From: Vicugna vicugna
Lineage: Eukaryota
Assembly: GCA_013265495.1 (NCBI GenBank)
Contig: MU057632.1
Location: forward strand, 914,054 to 978,053
Length of the DNA stretch: 64,000 bases
Direction of reading: 5' to 3'
A program made the translations under genes and the position numbers. Every line of letters starts with the position of its first letter. Within the stretch, counting starts at the first letter, position 1. Positions 25,991-39,187 of the stretch are shown here, in pieces. The notes under the pieces are model-generated. The model was not told the origin of the DNA. It saw only the letters and a program-made list of their open reading frames with translations, and made no database searches.

Positions 25991-28109
25991 ATGAGGGGTC
26001 TTTACTTGTACTCCACCCACAAGAAAAGCTGAGGGATAGTCTTCTGTCCTTTAGCCTCCAAGAGAAAAGAGAAGTCATAGAAAACAAGACAAGAACATAC
26101 TATCCTGGTAAATAGAAAGGAAAGGCCGAGTTGGGCGACAGCGTTGAGACATTTCCGAAGGTAGTGGGGACAGTGTGGTCCAAGACGGACGGTTAACAAA
26201 CAGGTGACCTGGGCTGCAATCAACACATGCTAAGACTGCTGTGGAATCTCCGATACAATCTGCATAGGAGTTAGGCCTGCAATTCAGTGCTTGAGAAAGA
26301 CATGTCCAATAAAGAGGAGTCAGTTTCCAGGAAGGATTTGCTACAGGTACTGATATTAACACTTCATTGACACATAAAATGTCAGAGTCGAAGAGAAACT
26401 ATTTGTTATCTTGTTGAATTCATGTTTTTCCAACAAACATGAATTGGGTACCCAATGTGTGTCAAGCAGTGTCCCCATCACTGAGTATTCAAAGGAGTAT
26501 TTATTATTTCCAAATCAGCAAAAAAGAGAAATTAAAGTGGAGTGTCTTATAATGAAGATGTGCGAAAAGTACAGAAAGGGCTAGCTCTGCCTGAGATACT
26601 CAGGGAGGGCTTCACGTGGGGATGGCATTTGAGCTGCTGCTTGCTTTCATCAGTTAGATGCAGAAGCTGCTCTTCGTCAATTAGAAAAGTTGACTGAGGA
26701 TATTTTGGTACTGAAAGAAACTAAGACAAGGTATCTTTTATAAAAGATATGTATCAAGAGAAATTAATAGTATTGTTAACTGGTCACTTAATCCAAGCTG
26801 CATTTGATGCATGAATCGGCTCTACAAAACCCCCAATAAGTGGTCTAAGCAATTTGGGCATCTCTAGCAACTGTAAACTTTAAGGAGAACTAAAATACAC
26901 AGACATGAGAAGACCTGTTCTTATGATACATAAATAATCATAATGAGTAAGGAAAATTTTAACCTTGTGTAAGAGTAAATGGTAATAACCCCAGCAAACA
27001 AAACAAGGAAAACCACGGAGAATGTGCATAAACAAGAAATCTTTGTGGTGCTCTATTCCAGCCACCAAGCTGGGGCTTGATCTACTGCCCTCCATAGAGA
27101 CCTCCCGTAAGCGCATCATCTCCCTGAGACGATCGCATCTGGTAGAGCTTGTACCGAAAAACATGACTGTGCACTCTGCTCAGAGGTCTGGTGTTTCTAT
27201 GTAGTTTAAAGACACAGAACATTTCAAATTCCCTAGAAGTAACTGAAGAGTTCAAAGATGTAGTATTTTCCCCGAAGAAGATTACTCTTCTATTTCACCC
27301 ATGTACTTTGCTGCAATAGTATTCTATTGGCCAATAAAAACACTTGACTGGTTTTTATGAAAATTAAATCTTTAACAACACAGATGTTTAGAAGTTAAAT
27401 GCATAAAGTTATTTTTCCTCCATTATCAAGTAATTCCAATGGAATTTTGAAAACAAAGTATTTCCTCTAGAAGTTTATGTATGAAAATAATCTATTGTAT
27501 GAGCCTATTACATAGTAACAAAATAAACTGCTCAATAAATACATTTATTAAATGCCATAATAAACAAATATAAGAAACAAGGACTCCTTAAAATCCAGGT
27601 GCTTAGCTTCAATTATGACTACAAGATTTAGAACATATTAAAAAATGTTAAGCATCTGCAAATGTACTCTAATAAATTTAGAATATATTTGATAAAGTTT
27701 TAAAGATACCTCCAAAACAGTTGTAGAATCTAGCCATTTAATCAAATTCCATTTTCTTTCATCTGGTATTCCATAAATATTATTATTCATCATACACATA
27801 ACACACATGCACACTTTGAATCTGAACCTATTAAATGATAAGCTCACAGAAACAACTTTTACCTGAAACTAAACAGGAAGAGTGCATCTTGGCACGTATC
27901 ATCATCAAAACTGCATGTGTTGAAGCAATTAGGAGTTAATTTTGAAAGAACAAAAATTACATATAAGGATCCTCATGGGAGAAAACTTATAAATTAATAA
28001 ATGAAAAAAAAGAAAAAATATATTAATAAATGAGTACATCAGTGTTAACATAGAACCATCAGGAGTCTATTTGAAAGGCACCTCTACAGTAGTTACGTGA
28101 AGAGCTCTA

Positions 28110-31100
28110 CAGACTTCCTTTCCGGAAAAACAGCCATAACTGATGAATATTACTTTCTAAAAATAGGTATTTAAAGTCCCTGAAAATTGTCCAAAGGGCA
28201 TATTGCAAATGGAGACACATTTATTAAAGAAACTCTACCAAAGGTCTGTAAGCACAGTGAGGGTGTGAGGCATCTGAACTACAACTCCCTCCTTCTCTTC
28301 TTCCTTCCAAGCTCAGCAAGATGGAAGTTCTAATCTGAGTGGGTGCAGTCAAGCACATGGGCTCTGTCTATCCCCAGCCCCCATCAAGGGCTACAGTATC
28401 TGTCCCAGAGGGGAAGGCCACCAGTACTTCTCCCGCCACTGCCAGCTCCATGTTGCAGAAGCTCTGCTCTATGCAAGTGCAGTTGAGTGGTCAGGGGCTC
28501 CCTTCCTCCACCTATCTCTTAATTGTAGGGCTGAAGCTCTACCTCTGGTGTGGCAGGCCAAGATTCTTGGACCCCAATCACCCTTGCCCCAGCTTGCTCA
28601 TGGGAAAGGTTCCACACCAAAAAAATTAAGTGAAAAATACTAGGGATTATTGACCCCATCCGGTGCTACAGTCATAAAGCAGGAGTGTCCATCTGAGAGA
28701 AGCAGGCTACTGTCCTGAGCCCCAGCTCCAGAGTTCAGATTAGGGAAAGAAACAGGTCCTGAGATGAAAGAGCTCTTTAGCTTTCTCTAAGGGAACTAAC
28801 TTTATCTGAACAGAGGTCAGGAGCATTCAAGCATAGTAGCACTGTCGAAAATGATGCAGATTTTGGTGCTGAACCATTAGGAGAAGGCTGATAGCTCCAT
28901 GCTAGCAACAAAGGAAACAAAAGACCAACAAGGAGCTCAATAGAAAGAACCAGGGAAGCAGTTAAGAAGACCCTGGAATTTAAAGAGTAGGCTTCAAAGA
29001 TTGGTTCCAATAGGAGCAGAATAACTAAAAGAATAACTAGAATAACCTAGAATAACTAGGAGATCAGGAAAAGGAGAGATGGTTAAAGACAGCCTGGTTA
29101 AAAATGCTAGCATCTCTGGTGGGAAGGAGGCCCAAGTGATACGTGCATCCCAAAAGCTGTGCCCATGAGTAGTAACATCAGAGGCTGCACGCTGCAGGGG
29201 AAATAGGTTTCACTGAAATAGCACAACCAACTCACGAAACAAATGAAGCAAACAAGCACAACAGGCCCCAGGGGTGGGGACAGGGATCAGAATCCAGATT
29301 TGCTACAATATATTATCAAAAATGTCAGTATTCAGCTATAAATTATGAGACATGCAAAGAGAGCAATGCATTAGTCATTCACAGAAATAAAAGGCAACAA
29401 GACCCTCCTCAGAGTGGGTCTAGATTTTTAGACACACCAGGCAAAGACATTAAAGGAGCTGTTATAAATATGTTCAAAGAGCATGAAGAACCATGCTCAA
29501 AGAATACAGGAAGTTATGACAATAATATCTCATCAAATATAGGAGATAGATAAAGAGATATAACTTATTAAGGAAATAAAATTTATGTCTATATACGTAT
29601 AACTGAATCACTTTGCTGTACACCTGAAACTAACATTGTATATCAACTACACTTCAACAAAAAATAAGAATAGAAAAAGAAATAAAATGATTCTGGAGTT
29701 GGAAAGACCAATAACCAAAATGAAAAATTCACTAGAGGGGCTCAACATTGGGTTTGAGCTGGCAGAAGGAAGAACCCCATGAGCTTAAGGATAGATTGAT
29801 AGTGATTATGTAATCTAATGAAAAGAGAGACAAAAGAAGGAAGAAAAATGAACAGAGCCTCAGAAAAGTGTAGGCCACCATTAGCTGCACCAACATATAT
29901 GTAATAGGAGCTGAAATACTGAGGAGAGAAACAAACAGAAAAAAAAAAATTCAAATCATTAAGAGCTGAAAACTTCCCAAATTTGATGTAAAGCATTAAT
30001 CTGCATATCCACCTCCAAGAAACTCAATGAACCCAACTAGGAAGAACACAAAGAGATCTACACCTAGACACACACACATCACAGTAAATGCTGAAAACCA
30101 AAGGCAAAGAAAAACTCGTGCAAGCAGCAAGAGAAAATACTCATCACACACAAGAGTCTCTTAATAAGATTAACAGCTGACTTTTCATCAAAATCAGTGG
30201 AAGTTGGAGGCAGTGAGGTGATATATTTGAAGTGATGAAAGAGGGAAAAAGAAACTGTTAACCAAGAATCCTCACATCTAGCAAAATTGTCTTTCAAAAA
30301 TGAAGGTGAAATACATTCTTAGGTAAACAAAATCTGATAGAATTCATTGCTAGAAGATTCACCTTTAAGAAATACTAAAGGAAGATCTTAAGGCTGAAAG
30401 TGACACTAGACAGTAACATGAATTCCCATGGGAAAAAAAAGAACTCTGGTAAAGATAATTATAAGGGTAATTATTAAAGTATACTTTAACATTTTTTCTT
30501 CTTTGTTACCTTAAGTTATTTTTAAAAGTAGTATAAAATAGTATTAATACAGTAGTATTATTAAGCCTGTAACATAAAGAAATCAAATACAGTTGGCAAT
30601 AACAGCACAAAGGAGGTAGATGGAAGCAACTTTGTATTGGAGTAAGGAAATGACTCCAGATGGGATCTTGAATCCACAGGAAGAAATGAAGAGAACCAAA
30701 AATAGTAAAAAAGTACATTATATAACAGATCCTATAAATATATACTTGCTCTCATTTCTTCTCTCAGCTTCATTAAAAGACAAAACCACATAAAGTGACA
30801 GTTACAACAATGTATTATTTGACTTGTAACATATATAGACATAAAATGTATAAAAATAGTAGCACAAATAGAGTAAATGTGGAGTATAGTCTACCAAGAT
30901 GTATGCAACATACGCATGTATCAAACCATCACATTTTATAGCTTAAGTTTACAGTGTTCTATGTTAATTGTATCTCAATAAAGCTGGGAAAAAAATGTAT
31001 AGTGGAAACTCTAGAGTTGCTAAGAAAATAAATCAGAAAATATAGTGCGAAACTCACTGAAATAATTAAAACATGCCTAAAAATACTCATTTAACACAAA

Positions 31101-31415
31101 AGAAAGCAGTAAAGGAGGAATAGAGGAACAAAAAAGAGATATAAAAAGCAAAATGTAAACTAGGAAACAAAAATACAAAGATATCAATAACAAATACTAA
31201 ATATGAATGGATTAAAAATCCAATCAAAAAGTAAGGATTGTCAGGCTGGATTTAAAGATAAATCCACACTTAAATATACATTGTTTATATGAGACACATT
31301 TTAGATTCAAAGACAAACGTATAGGTCAATTAAAAGAATAGAAAAGGGTATTCCATGTAAATAGCAACCATAATAGAGCTGGAGAAGCTATACTAATATC
31401 AGATAAAATAGGCTT
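28110..31415 (+). mobile_element. Old L1 (L1M4/L1MD-like): 5' UTR, ORF1 and ORF2 start, with nested short L1 3' ends (~29582-29676, ~30900-30995)
   Basis: ORF1-like aaaacttcccaaatttgat...aactcaatgaaccc...acagctgacttttcatca; EN-like aatggattaaaaatccaatcaaaa...gagacacattttagattcaaagac. Confidence 0.75.
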
Positions 31416-32079
31416 TGTTTGTGACTAATAATTTATTCCCTACTAGTGGCAGCAATGATAGAAAAATCTATCTACTAATCAGATCTGTTGGCCAGCAGAC
31501 AGCAGGGATATATAGAAAGCTGGATGGCAGATGACAGGAAATCTGGCTGTTACTTAGTCTTTACACATGTCTGTTTGTGTACTGCTAAAAGTTCACATCA
31601 CTCAAGAAAACATCTTGTGCATGCTGAAAAAAGAATGTTTTTTTAAAGTCTGGGCTTAAGTTTCTGTGTTAATTTTGGACCTATGGCTGAGTGGTAAAAG
31701 CTGACTATTAAAAAACAGTCTTTTCAATTGGCAATGAAAGTCTCTTAAATTGTGTGCACCCTAGGGATAGCTAGTCTAGCAGACAGAGACTAGATTCCAA
31801 GTTATCTAAAACACAGCAGAGCTCCTGTTCTGACTGATTTATATAGATTACTAAGTATTTACATAAATCTAATGTAAAGGACATAATGAATCACCAGAGA
31901 GGGAAAAAACCAAATTCCTAACAATTCAAATATGCTAGCCATTTGAGAAGTATTCATTCTCAAGAAATTGCTAACTTAGAAACATTTTTATATAAGAGTC
32001 TAAATCCACAGAAAATGAATCCTTGTAGATATAAAACCAGTTTGATAATTTTGACCTAAAAGCAGCTTTGTGAAAAGCA

Positions 32080-32320
32080 CAACGAGATACCACATCACTT
32101 CACATGCAACACGATGGCTATAGTAAAAACACAAACAGACAAAAACGAGTGTTGAGGAGAACGTGGAGAAATTAGAACCCTAAAAATTGCTACGTAACTA
32201 CTTGTGGAAATTGGTTTGTCAAGTGTCTGAAATGTTACACATAGGGCTGTCATGTGACCCAGAAATTCCACTCCTGGGTAAGTGAACAAGAGATTTGACA
32301 ATTTACGTTCACAGAACAAA
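32080..32320 (+). mobile_element. L1 ORF2 3' fragment
   Basis: cacaacgagataccac...gtggagaaattagaaccct...tgacccagaaattccactcctgggta. Confidence 0.7.
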
Positions 32321-33506
32321 GACAAAAAACAAACCAGGTAGTTTGCCATAAGTTAGTCTTTAGCTTGGAAAAAGCAAGGTCACAGCTCCTGTCCTTAAAC
32401 TGGAAGGGTTTTTCTCTATACCCTGGTGCAACTCCCATAGTCCCAATACGTATCTGTACTGAACATTGGTTTGTAAAATGGTAATTTCCAGAAACAGATT
32501 TTATAAAGGTTTTAAACAATGATCTGGGGAGTCGGGGCAAAACCAGGACTATAAATTTCCTAATAATTATTGAATACTAGCAAACATTTCCAGAATCATA
32601 AAGCTAAATTCAAGAGATTAAAATTCCATGGCCCTGAAAAGCAGTGTAGCAAATTTCTAAAATAGATTTGCAATAAAAAATGTATGGCTTTCTGACTTAT
32701 CTAACAAAAATTTTTACCACTTGGTGTTTTATTCCTCTCTGGGACAAACACAAAAAAATAAGAGACACCTTGAGAACTCTAATCAATTACATTGCTTAGT
32801 GAAAGTTCTCTTCTCTGCACCCTAACATTTCCTTTTTGATATGTTTATATTTATAGACTTTTCTATTTAGAGCTATATTGACTTTCTAGATAGAATCTCT
32901 AAGAGAACATTCTTACAAAGAAATCCATCATAAAGAAAAAAGAGAAGACAGAAGTGGGCCCAGGGAAACTCTGATTGTCATTTTTTCAAAAGATTGAAGG
33001 TTGAAAAGTATGATCAGATGACATCATGTCATGGACTAAGTAGGGATAATTCTGAGAGATTTTCTCATAATGAGAATAAATATTTAATGCAATCATGCAA
33101 ATCATTGTTACAAATGGATATGATTCCACTGAATTGCTTGTCTTCATCTAACCCTAGTGAGAGAATAAACAAAATGAATTCATTTTGCTATTTAAGGACA
33201 GTCTGTGAGAGCAAAGTTCATTATGTTGCTAAGAACCAGTCATCCCATAGATGATGTTTTATGGTGAGGCCAGTTCCAAACTCAGTTTGTACTGTCCCAT
33301 TTCAGCCAACATTTCCATTTAATGAGTTTTTTCTATAAAAACATACTTTATCAGCATATCATTTATCAAAATGTCATTTAGCATGATTTTTACAAACAAA
33401 CATCAGTGAAAAGGTATGAGGAGCCAGTTTAAAAATGACTTTGTAAACACTGTAACTTACTAATTATTATCTTGATATAAAATGTTTGAAAGGTAGATAT
33501 GTGCAG

Positions 33507-33640
33507 GGAGAGGGTGTAGTTCAGTGGCAGAACACAAGCTTTGCATAAATGAGGACCTGGGTTCAATCCCCAGTACCTCCATTTGAAAAAAATACATAAG
33601 CCTAATTACCTACCCCACAAAATAAAAAAAAAAAACTTGA
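33507..33640 (+). mobile_element. Vic-1-type SINE with TSD
   Basis: tRNA-like head and A tail; TSD tagatatgtgcag at 33494-33506 and 33641-33653. Confidence 0.88.
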
Positions 33641-35093
33641 TAGATATGTGCAGTTTTCACATTAAAAAAAAAAAGAAAATAGTAGCCTTCTGTTTTTCAG
33701 AATCTTGCTGACATTTACTATAAGATACTCTTCATTTATAACACCTGGCAATTTTTGTGTGAAAATCAAGACTAACTAGAAATGTAGCAAGTTCAGTTTT
33801 TAGTTGCTCTATTCATGAACCAATCACCCCACCAAAAAAGAAATAGTGATGAGAATTTATGGGAAATCCCAAAGGGATTGAGTTTGGAGGATTCAACTCA
33901 GTTGATTGCATAAGAGCAAAGTGCTAATGTTATCAAAGAAAGTATCTAAGTTCAATACTCTGTCACCCAATGGATGATAAAACAAAGACAGAAACAATTT
34001 AAACAGACTATGGGGAAATCTGCAGTATTCCTATATACTTAGGCAGTGTAGAGGAATTTCAATGAAGTAAACAATCATAATTTTATCTCTGAAACCATGC
34101 AGTTGTATAAAATAACCTCTTATATAAGCTATTACATGTGTCAATTGCAAAGTGATTCTTTATGACAAACCATTTTCTTTATAAGGAAGTACACAATCTT
34201 CCAAATTATTAGAGGTGATTTAGGCTAAGAGTAAAGTTTTAAAATAAAATACAGCTAGGCTGCAAAAAATACAATCATTAACATTTTTTGATAGACTCCA
34301 TAAAGAAATATTTATATATTAGCTATTCTTAGGTCTTCATAACATATACACTAGTATGTTAGTCACATTATTCACCAATTTAACAAACTAAGTAGAATTC
34401 ATTACTATGATATTGCTCAAGCTGGAGATTGCTTTTAGACAAATTTTATTCATGCTTTTTACACTTTGCTTTCCTCTCACACCAACACACACACATCTGT
34501 AAATTATAATTTCTCCATGAAAGATAAAAGATCTCAGAGGAAAAGGGAAAGAAACAGCAATCAAGCACTTTGCTCAATACTCAGTTATTCTCATTAACAC
34601 AACTAAGACAAACGCTGACTTCAGTTTCCTTGGACTAGGAAGGCAATTCATTAACAACTTCAATAGGCTAAAAAGATCTTTAATGAAATTATGACAAAGT
34701 ACTTAAAAATAAATGGTAGATATATGCATCTTAATCAAAGTGAAGACAATAACTGAAAGTGATTGTATTTCACAGGTCTCTTCATTCTATGTTCAGCCTG
34801 AGAAACACAAAAATCCACCTGAATTCTTACTCCAAAGTCAGTCCATCATAATAAGCACAAAGAACCTACCACCACAGAAGTGCTGTCCGAGAACAATCAA
34901 CCTGGCCAGTCTCAGAGGAGTAGCTGAAGTCTTACCAGCAAGTCTGTGTAACATCAGCATTACTTATGTACTCAAACTTTAATTCTTTAGAAGAATGTAA
35001 AATTATATACATTTCAAATGCAGACTCATCTAAATAATATTCATGTACCAAAGTGTGACATTCCAATTATATTTTTCCTAATACGATACATTA

Positions 35094-35517
35094 CCGGCAT
35101 CCCCTGCTTTTTGAAAGTTCACGTTACTCCACTTTGCTTTTACGAAAATCATACTGTCATACCTGTTTTCACTAAACAAAAGAAGTACAAAGAGGATTTT
35201 CACTTTTACAGAGAAAGGTGAGATGTGAAAACAGTAGTTAGTATTTGTCCTGCCCTGAGCGGTACTACAGGCAGCAGTACCCAGAGCAGAGAGAGCAGCC
35301 CCACCACGCTCCTTCCCCAGGAACCACACTCAGCATCTCAGCATCCAGCCACCAGAGCTCTGAACAGTGTCTTTGAGCATCTGTGCTTTATCATGATTGA
35401 TTTTGTGCATCTATGAGCAAGATGTGTCCTGAAGTAACTGTTTCCTCCCTTTACGCCATTTAGGTTTATGAAAGATTGCATAGGAATGCTCTACTGTCAG
35501 ATAGCCAGGGAAACCTG
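35094..35517. mobile_element. Tc1/mariner (Tigger-like) non-autonomous element
   Basis: TA flanks at 35092-93 and 35518-19; imperfect TIRs ccggcatcccctgct / agccagggaaacctg. Confidence 0.65.
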
Positions 35518-36469
35518 TATTGTATTAAAATAATAGCCCCTAACATGATCTCACAAACCACCAGTGCACAAGCAAACACATTTAGTGAGAATAAACTACC
35601 TTATATCATTTTCAACCTGATTTCTTTTTCATAGAAAAAACTGATGAACATATGCTAGCATCAAGTTTAAGGGCACAAATTAATGTTCAATTTAACTTCA
35701 TGCTTGCTACCTATGCACCATAGTACGTAATCTAAACTTTAAACCAGTGGAACAAAGGCAGCTGAGCTGACATATTGAACCCAAAATACTCTTTGCCTCA
35801 GTCTCATATTGGGAAATCAGTGAACTTTGGGGAAATTGTAACTTACACCAAATGAAAGTGTATAGTATGTACACAAAGGACAGGCTGGCTGAAGCTTCCA
35901 CACATACCCTATCTTACTGAGTACAGCCTCTGTGGTTTGCATAGCTGATCAGAGTTAAAGGTGAACTTTCACTCCCTGAGGGAGTGATTTCAATGCCTGA
36001 AGGAGAAGAAAAGAGCAAAACTGTGGTTCAATATGACAACTCTGCTACTTGTGTTCTACTGAAAGGTCATTTTATTTTGAGGTCTTGATTTTAATTTGAT
36101 CCATTCTCTCCACTAAATCCATCCATTTCATTCCTTCTGTCACAAAGTTTCAAATTACCTGCCTATGCATCTACTGAGTGCTGAGAAAGGTAAAGCTCTC
36201 TAGACTTGGCTGTTCTGGAAGGCAGGTGGAGCAGTCTCAAAACTCAGAAAACCCAGAGGACAAATGAGTTTCATGATTTAAATTATATTAAAATATCACT
36301 ATTCCCATGAGCTCAAACGGTAGTGCTCCTGGATGTTTATTTTTTTCCCATGAGAACTGGGAAGGTGCTCTTCCTAGCATTGTAATTTCTTTGTGAAATA
36401 CAGTACTTAGCAACACAAGGTCACAACATTGTAACAACAAATGATAGAAAAGAAATCATGGATTCTAAC

Positions 36470-36481
36470 CACTTTGTCCTC
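36470..36481 (-). CDS. RIMS1: RIMS1 12-nt microexon encoding EDKV
   Basis: Minus strand reads ...ggatgcttccccaaag|GAGGACAAAGTG|gttaga. It supplies exactly the EDKV between ...LRSNN and VMWVC... in RIM1; phase 0/0; long pyrimidine tract upstream. Confidence 0.93.
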
Positions 36482-36565
36482 CTTTGGGGAAGCATCCAAG
36501 GAAGCAGGGTAAAGAGAGAGGGGAAAGAAGAAGAGAAAAACAAAAAGAAGGCATATATTAATAAA
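36482..36565 (-). promoter_or_regulatory. Microexon 3' splice-site region: branch point candidate, long polypyrimidine tract and UGC motifs
   Basis: Minus strand: tattaat...cttctttttgtttttctcttcttctttcccctctctctttacccTGCttccttggaTGCttccccaaag. Confidence 0.75.
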
Positions 36566-38879
36566 CAGATCTTACAAAAAACAATTATGTGTTACTTTAA
36601 AGTGTTAAAACACAGATATTTTGAAAAGTAAATGTTTATTCTTACCAAAAAAATAGTCATTGTTCAATCTTTCATTGAAAATGCACAAATCTGGCTCCTG
36701 TTATATGTTGGATACAAAAGTTGGGCACTATAATTTCAGAGTTATCTAGAACTTGGATTATTAAATCTACATTCTTCATAAAACATTCTTCAGAAAGAAA
36801 ACTTAATTTACTACCATATTTAGCCTACCTATTATTGAAAAGACATTTTAAAATGCATAAAATTTGAATGAATAATTATCAAATTACTGTTCACATATCT
36901 ATAGTTACAAATTGGAAAAATCTAAGAATGGAAAATATTTGGAATAAATAAAAATGAGAAAAGAAATATGTTAACTATTTTAGCCATAAATTATCCCATC
37001 AGAAATATTGATTTGTAATATACATTTCAACATTTACAACATCACAGGAAAAACCAAATTAATATACTTTTCCCTTTTAGGCCCAAGATTAAATATTTTA
37101 AGTTGTGCTTTCTTTACTTTGCTTTATGAATTTTTTCCCCAAGGTTGGATAGGGTTAGTAAAGATGGATGAACTCCATTAGGCTTGAGTGTCTGCTCAAA
37201 GGCATTGGTACCTCCTAGTTCAAGTTCCTCTAAGCACTTTTCCTGTTTAAAATGTGAGTTTGACTCTATGTTATTGGCTTGCCTCAAACCTATAACGTGA
37301 AATTAAAGCATTCAACAGCTGCGGGACTCAGCCAGCATTAACACTCAGCCCATGAGCCCCTACCTTTCAGGGTCAGCACCTTTTCAGATTAGACAGAACC
37401 CTTATCATATGAGTTGTTAACTATTTTGAATATCATCCCAGGTCTCATTTGTGAGGATTCATTCCAAAACAGTGCATTCAAGAACTAAAGAAGAGAAAAA
37501 GAACAAATCGGTCTTGTGCACCTTTATGTGCCAGATGCTCTTAATCTAAGGTGCTTCTAGAAGGCCTTTAAGGTAGCATTATGAGGATTAACTAAAACAA
37601 ATAACTTTTAGGAGAAAAACTGAAAACTTTAGCAGCCATAAGAATGGGACCTAAAGAAAAACTAAATATGCATAATTTGAATCATTTAAATTTAATTCTT
37701 ATACCAACCATATGCAATACTTATTACTATTCAGTTTCATCGATAAAGAAGCTGTTATTCGGAAAAGTTAAGGCTTCAAAGATAATCGAATAATAATGTA
37801 TCCTTAAGTATAATAATGTGTCTAACTTACTAAATGTCAGTTTCCTTGGGAGAGGTTTTAGAATAATACCCAACTTACAATTCAAATACACAGCCAAAGA
37901 ATATAATGTTGATTGGAAGGTTCATTTTAATTTCAACTATGATTTTTCCCAATTAGAAAGATATCAAGGGCACTTAAAGCACTCTTACTTTGAAATACAT
38001 CTTTAAGTTAAATTCTATACATGAGTAGATAATATGAGAAATTCTTTAAAGAAACACTGGGAGTTCTTTAGGTATGTGATCATCTTAACTGTTCTGTATT
38101 ACACTATAGACCTACATAAAAGAAAACTCACCCAGACATCCCTATAAATAATTCCACTGTACTAACATAGGGGATATAATAAAGTACAGCACTAAGATGT
38201 ATTCTAAACTAAATATTTATTAAAATTACTCTAGTACTTATAAATAATAATACTGAGTCCTTTATATTAGCATTTTAGTGCCTCAAAAACTGCATATATT
38301 CAAATCACTGTCATAATAGAAGAGAAGCTAATATTTAAGCCGACTAAAGAAACTGCAATGGGCGAGTCTACATCTCATAGAGAAGTTCAATTCTCTCCCC
38401 TACCAATTAAAAAAAAGTGTATTTTGACATACTATAAATATCCAACTAATTTCTGTGAGATCAGCTCAGTATTATATTCTATTAACATGATAATAAATAT
38501 GAAATCACTCTCAAGAGAGGCTAATTACTGCTCTGCACATTATTATATTGGGTTAAATTTAATGCCATGCAGTACACCTTGATTTTACCTTCCTTCAAAC
38601 CAAACATACGTTGCAGAAACTAAAGGATTTTCTTTGTTTTGTTTTGTTTTGTTTTTTTGTACAAGGAGAACTGGTCTTAGCAACTTTCAAGAGTTTCATA
38701 ATTCATGATACTAAATCTACATTGACTACATTTGTTCAGAAAATAAATTTACTCCTCAGGTAGTCTGTTGGTTTGGGATAGTAATCATTCATTAAGATAC
38801 ACACATACAGAAAGTGTCTTTTGTTTACCATTTCCCTAATCCACTACTCTGAGCCTTACGAAAAACAAAGGGTCAACAC

Positions 38880-39140
38880 GAGGGAGGGCACGGCCACGTG
38901 TGCGCGGATGCCCGGCTGCTTCCCACCGCGCACGCGCCGTCTGCGGGGATGCGCATGCGCCGGGGACACTCACGTTGTTGGAGCGCAGCGACACGCGGCC
39001 CCCGCAGCGCGCGCAGAACTTGGTGCGGCAGTAGGAGCACAGGTGCCCACACCCGTCCGCAAACTTGGTCTTGTGACAGATTCCACACGTCGGAGCATCG
39101 TCTTTGTGCTCGCCCTGGTAACGCCTCGCCTCTTCCCCGA
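38880..39140. promoter_or_regulatory. CpG-rich patch over the exon and its donor side, with NRF1-like and E-box motifs
   Basis: Dense CpG in an AT-rich background; TGCGCATGCGC at 38950-38960; CACGTG near 38895. Confidence 0.5.
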
Positions 39141-39187
39141 TTTTCCTCACTTGCTCCTTGTAGCTTTCAAATTGTTGATGCAGTCTC
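38974..39187 (-). CDS. RIMS1: RIMS1 coding exon (exon 3 in human numbering): Rab3-binding helix end plus first part of the zinc finger
   Basis: 214 nt; acceptor ccttctcttttgtccag|G, donor AAC|gtgagt. 1 nt + 71 codons RLHQQFESYKEQVRKIGEEARRYQGEHKDDAPTCGICHKTKFADGCGHLCSYCRTKFCARCGGRVSLRSNN, recognised as RIM1 (RIMS2 differs, e.g. FEMYKEQ). Confidence 0.97.

Noticed and set aside
29018..29060. Short agaataact repeats as a CRISPR-like or functional array
   Set aside because: Simple slippage repeat inside an old L1, without spacers, in eukaryotic DNA.
36255..36264. Short complement (gaggacaaa on +) to the microexon ~200 nt downstream
   Set aside because: Only ~9 nt of pairing, compatible with chance without conservation data.
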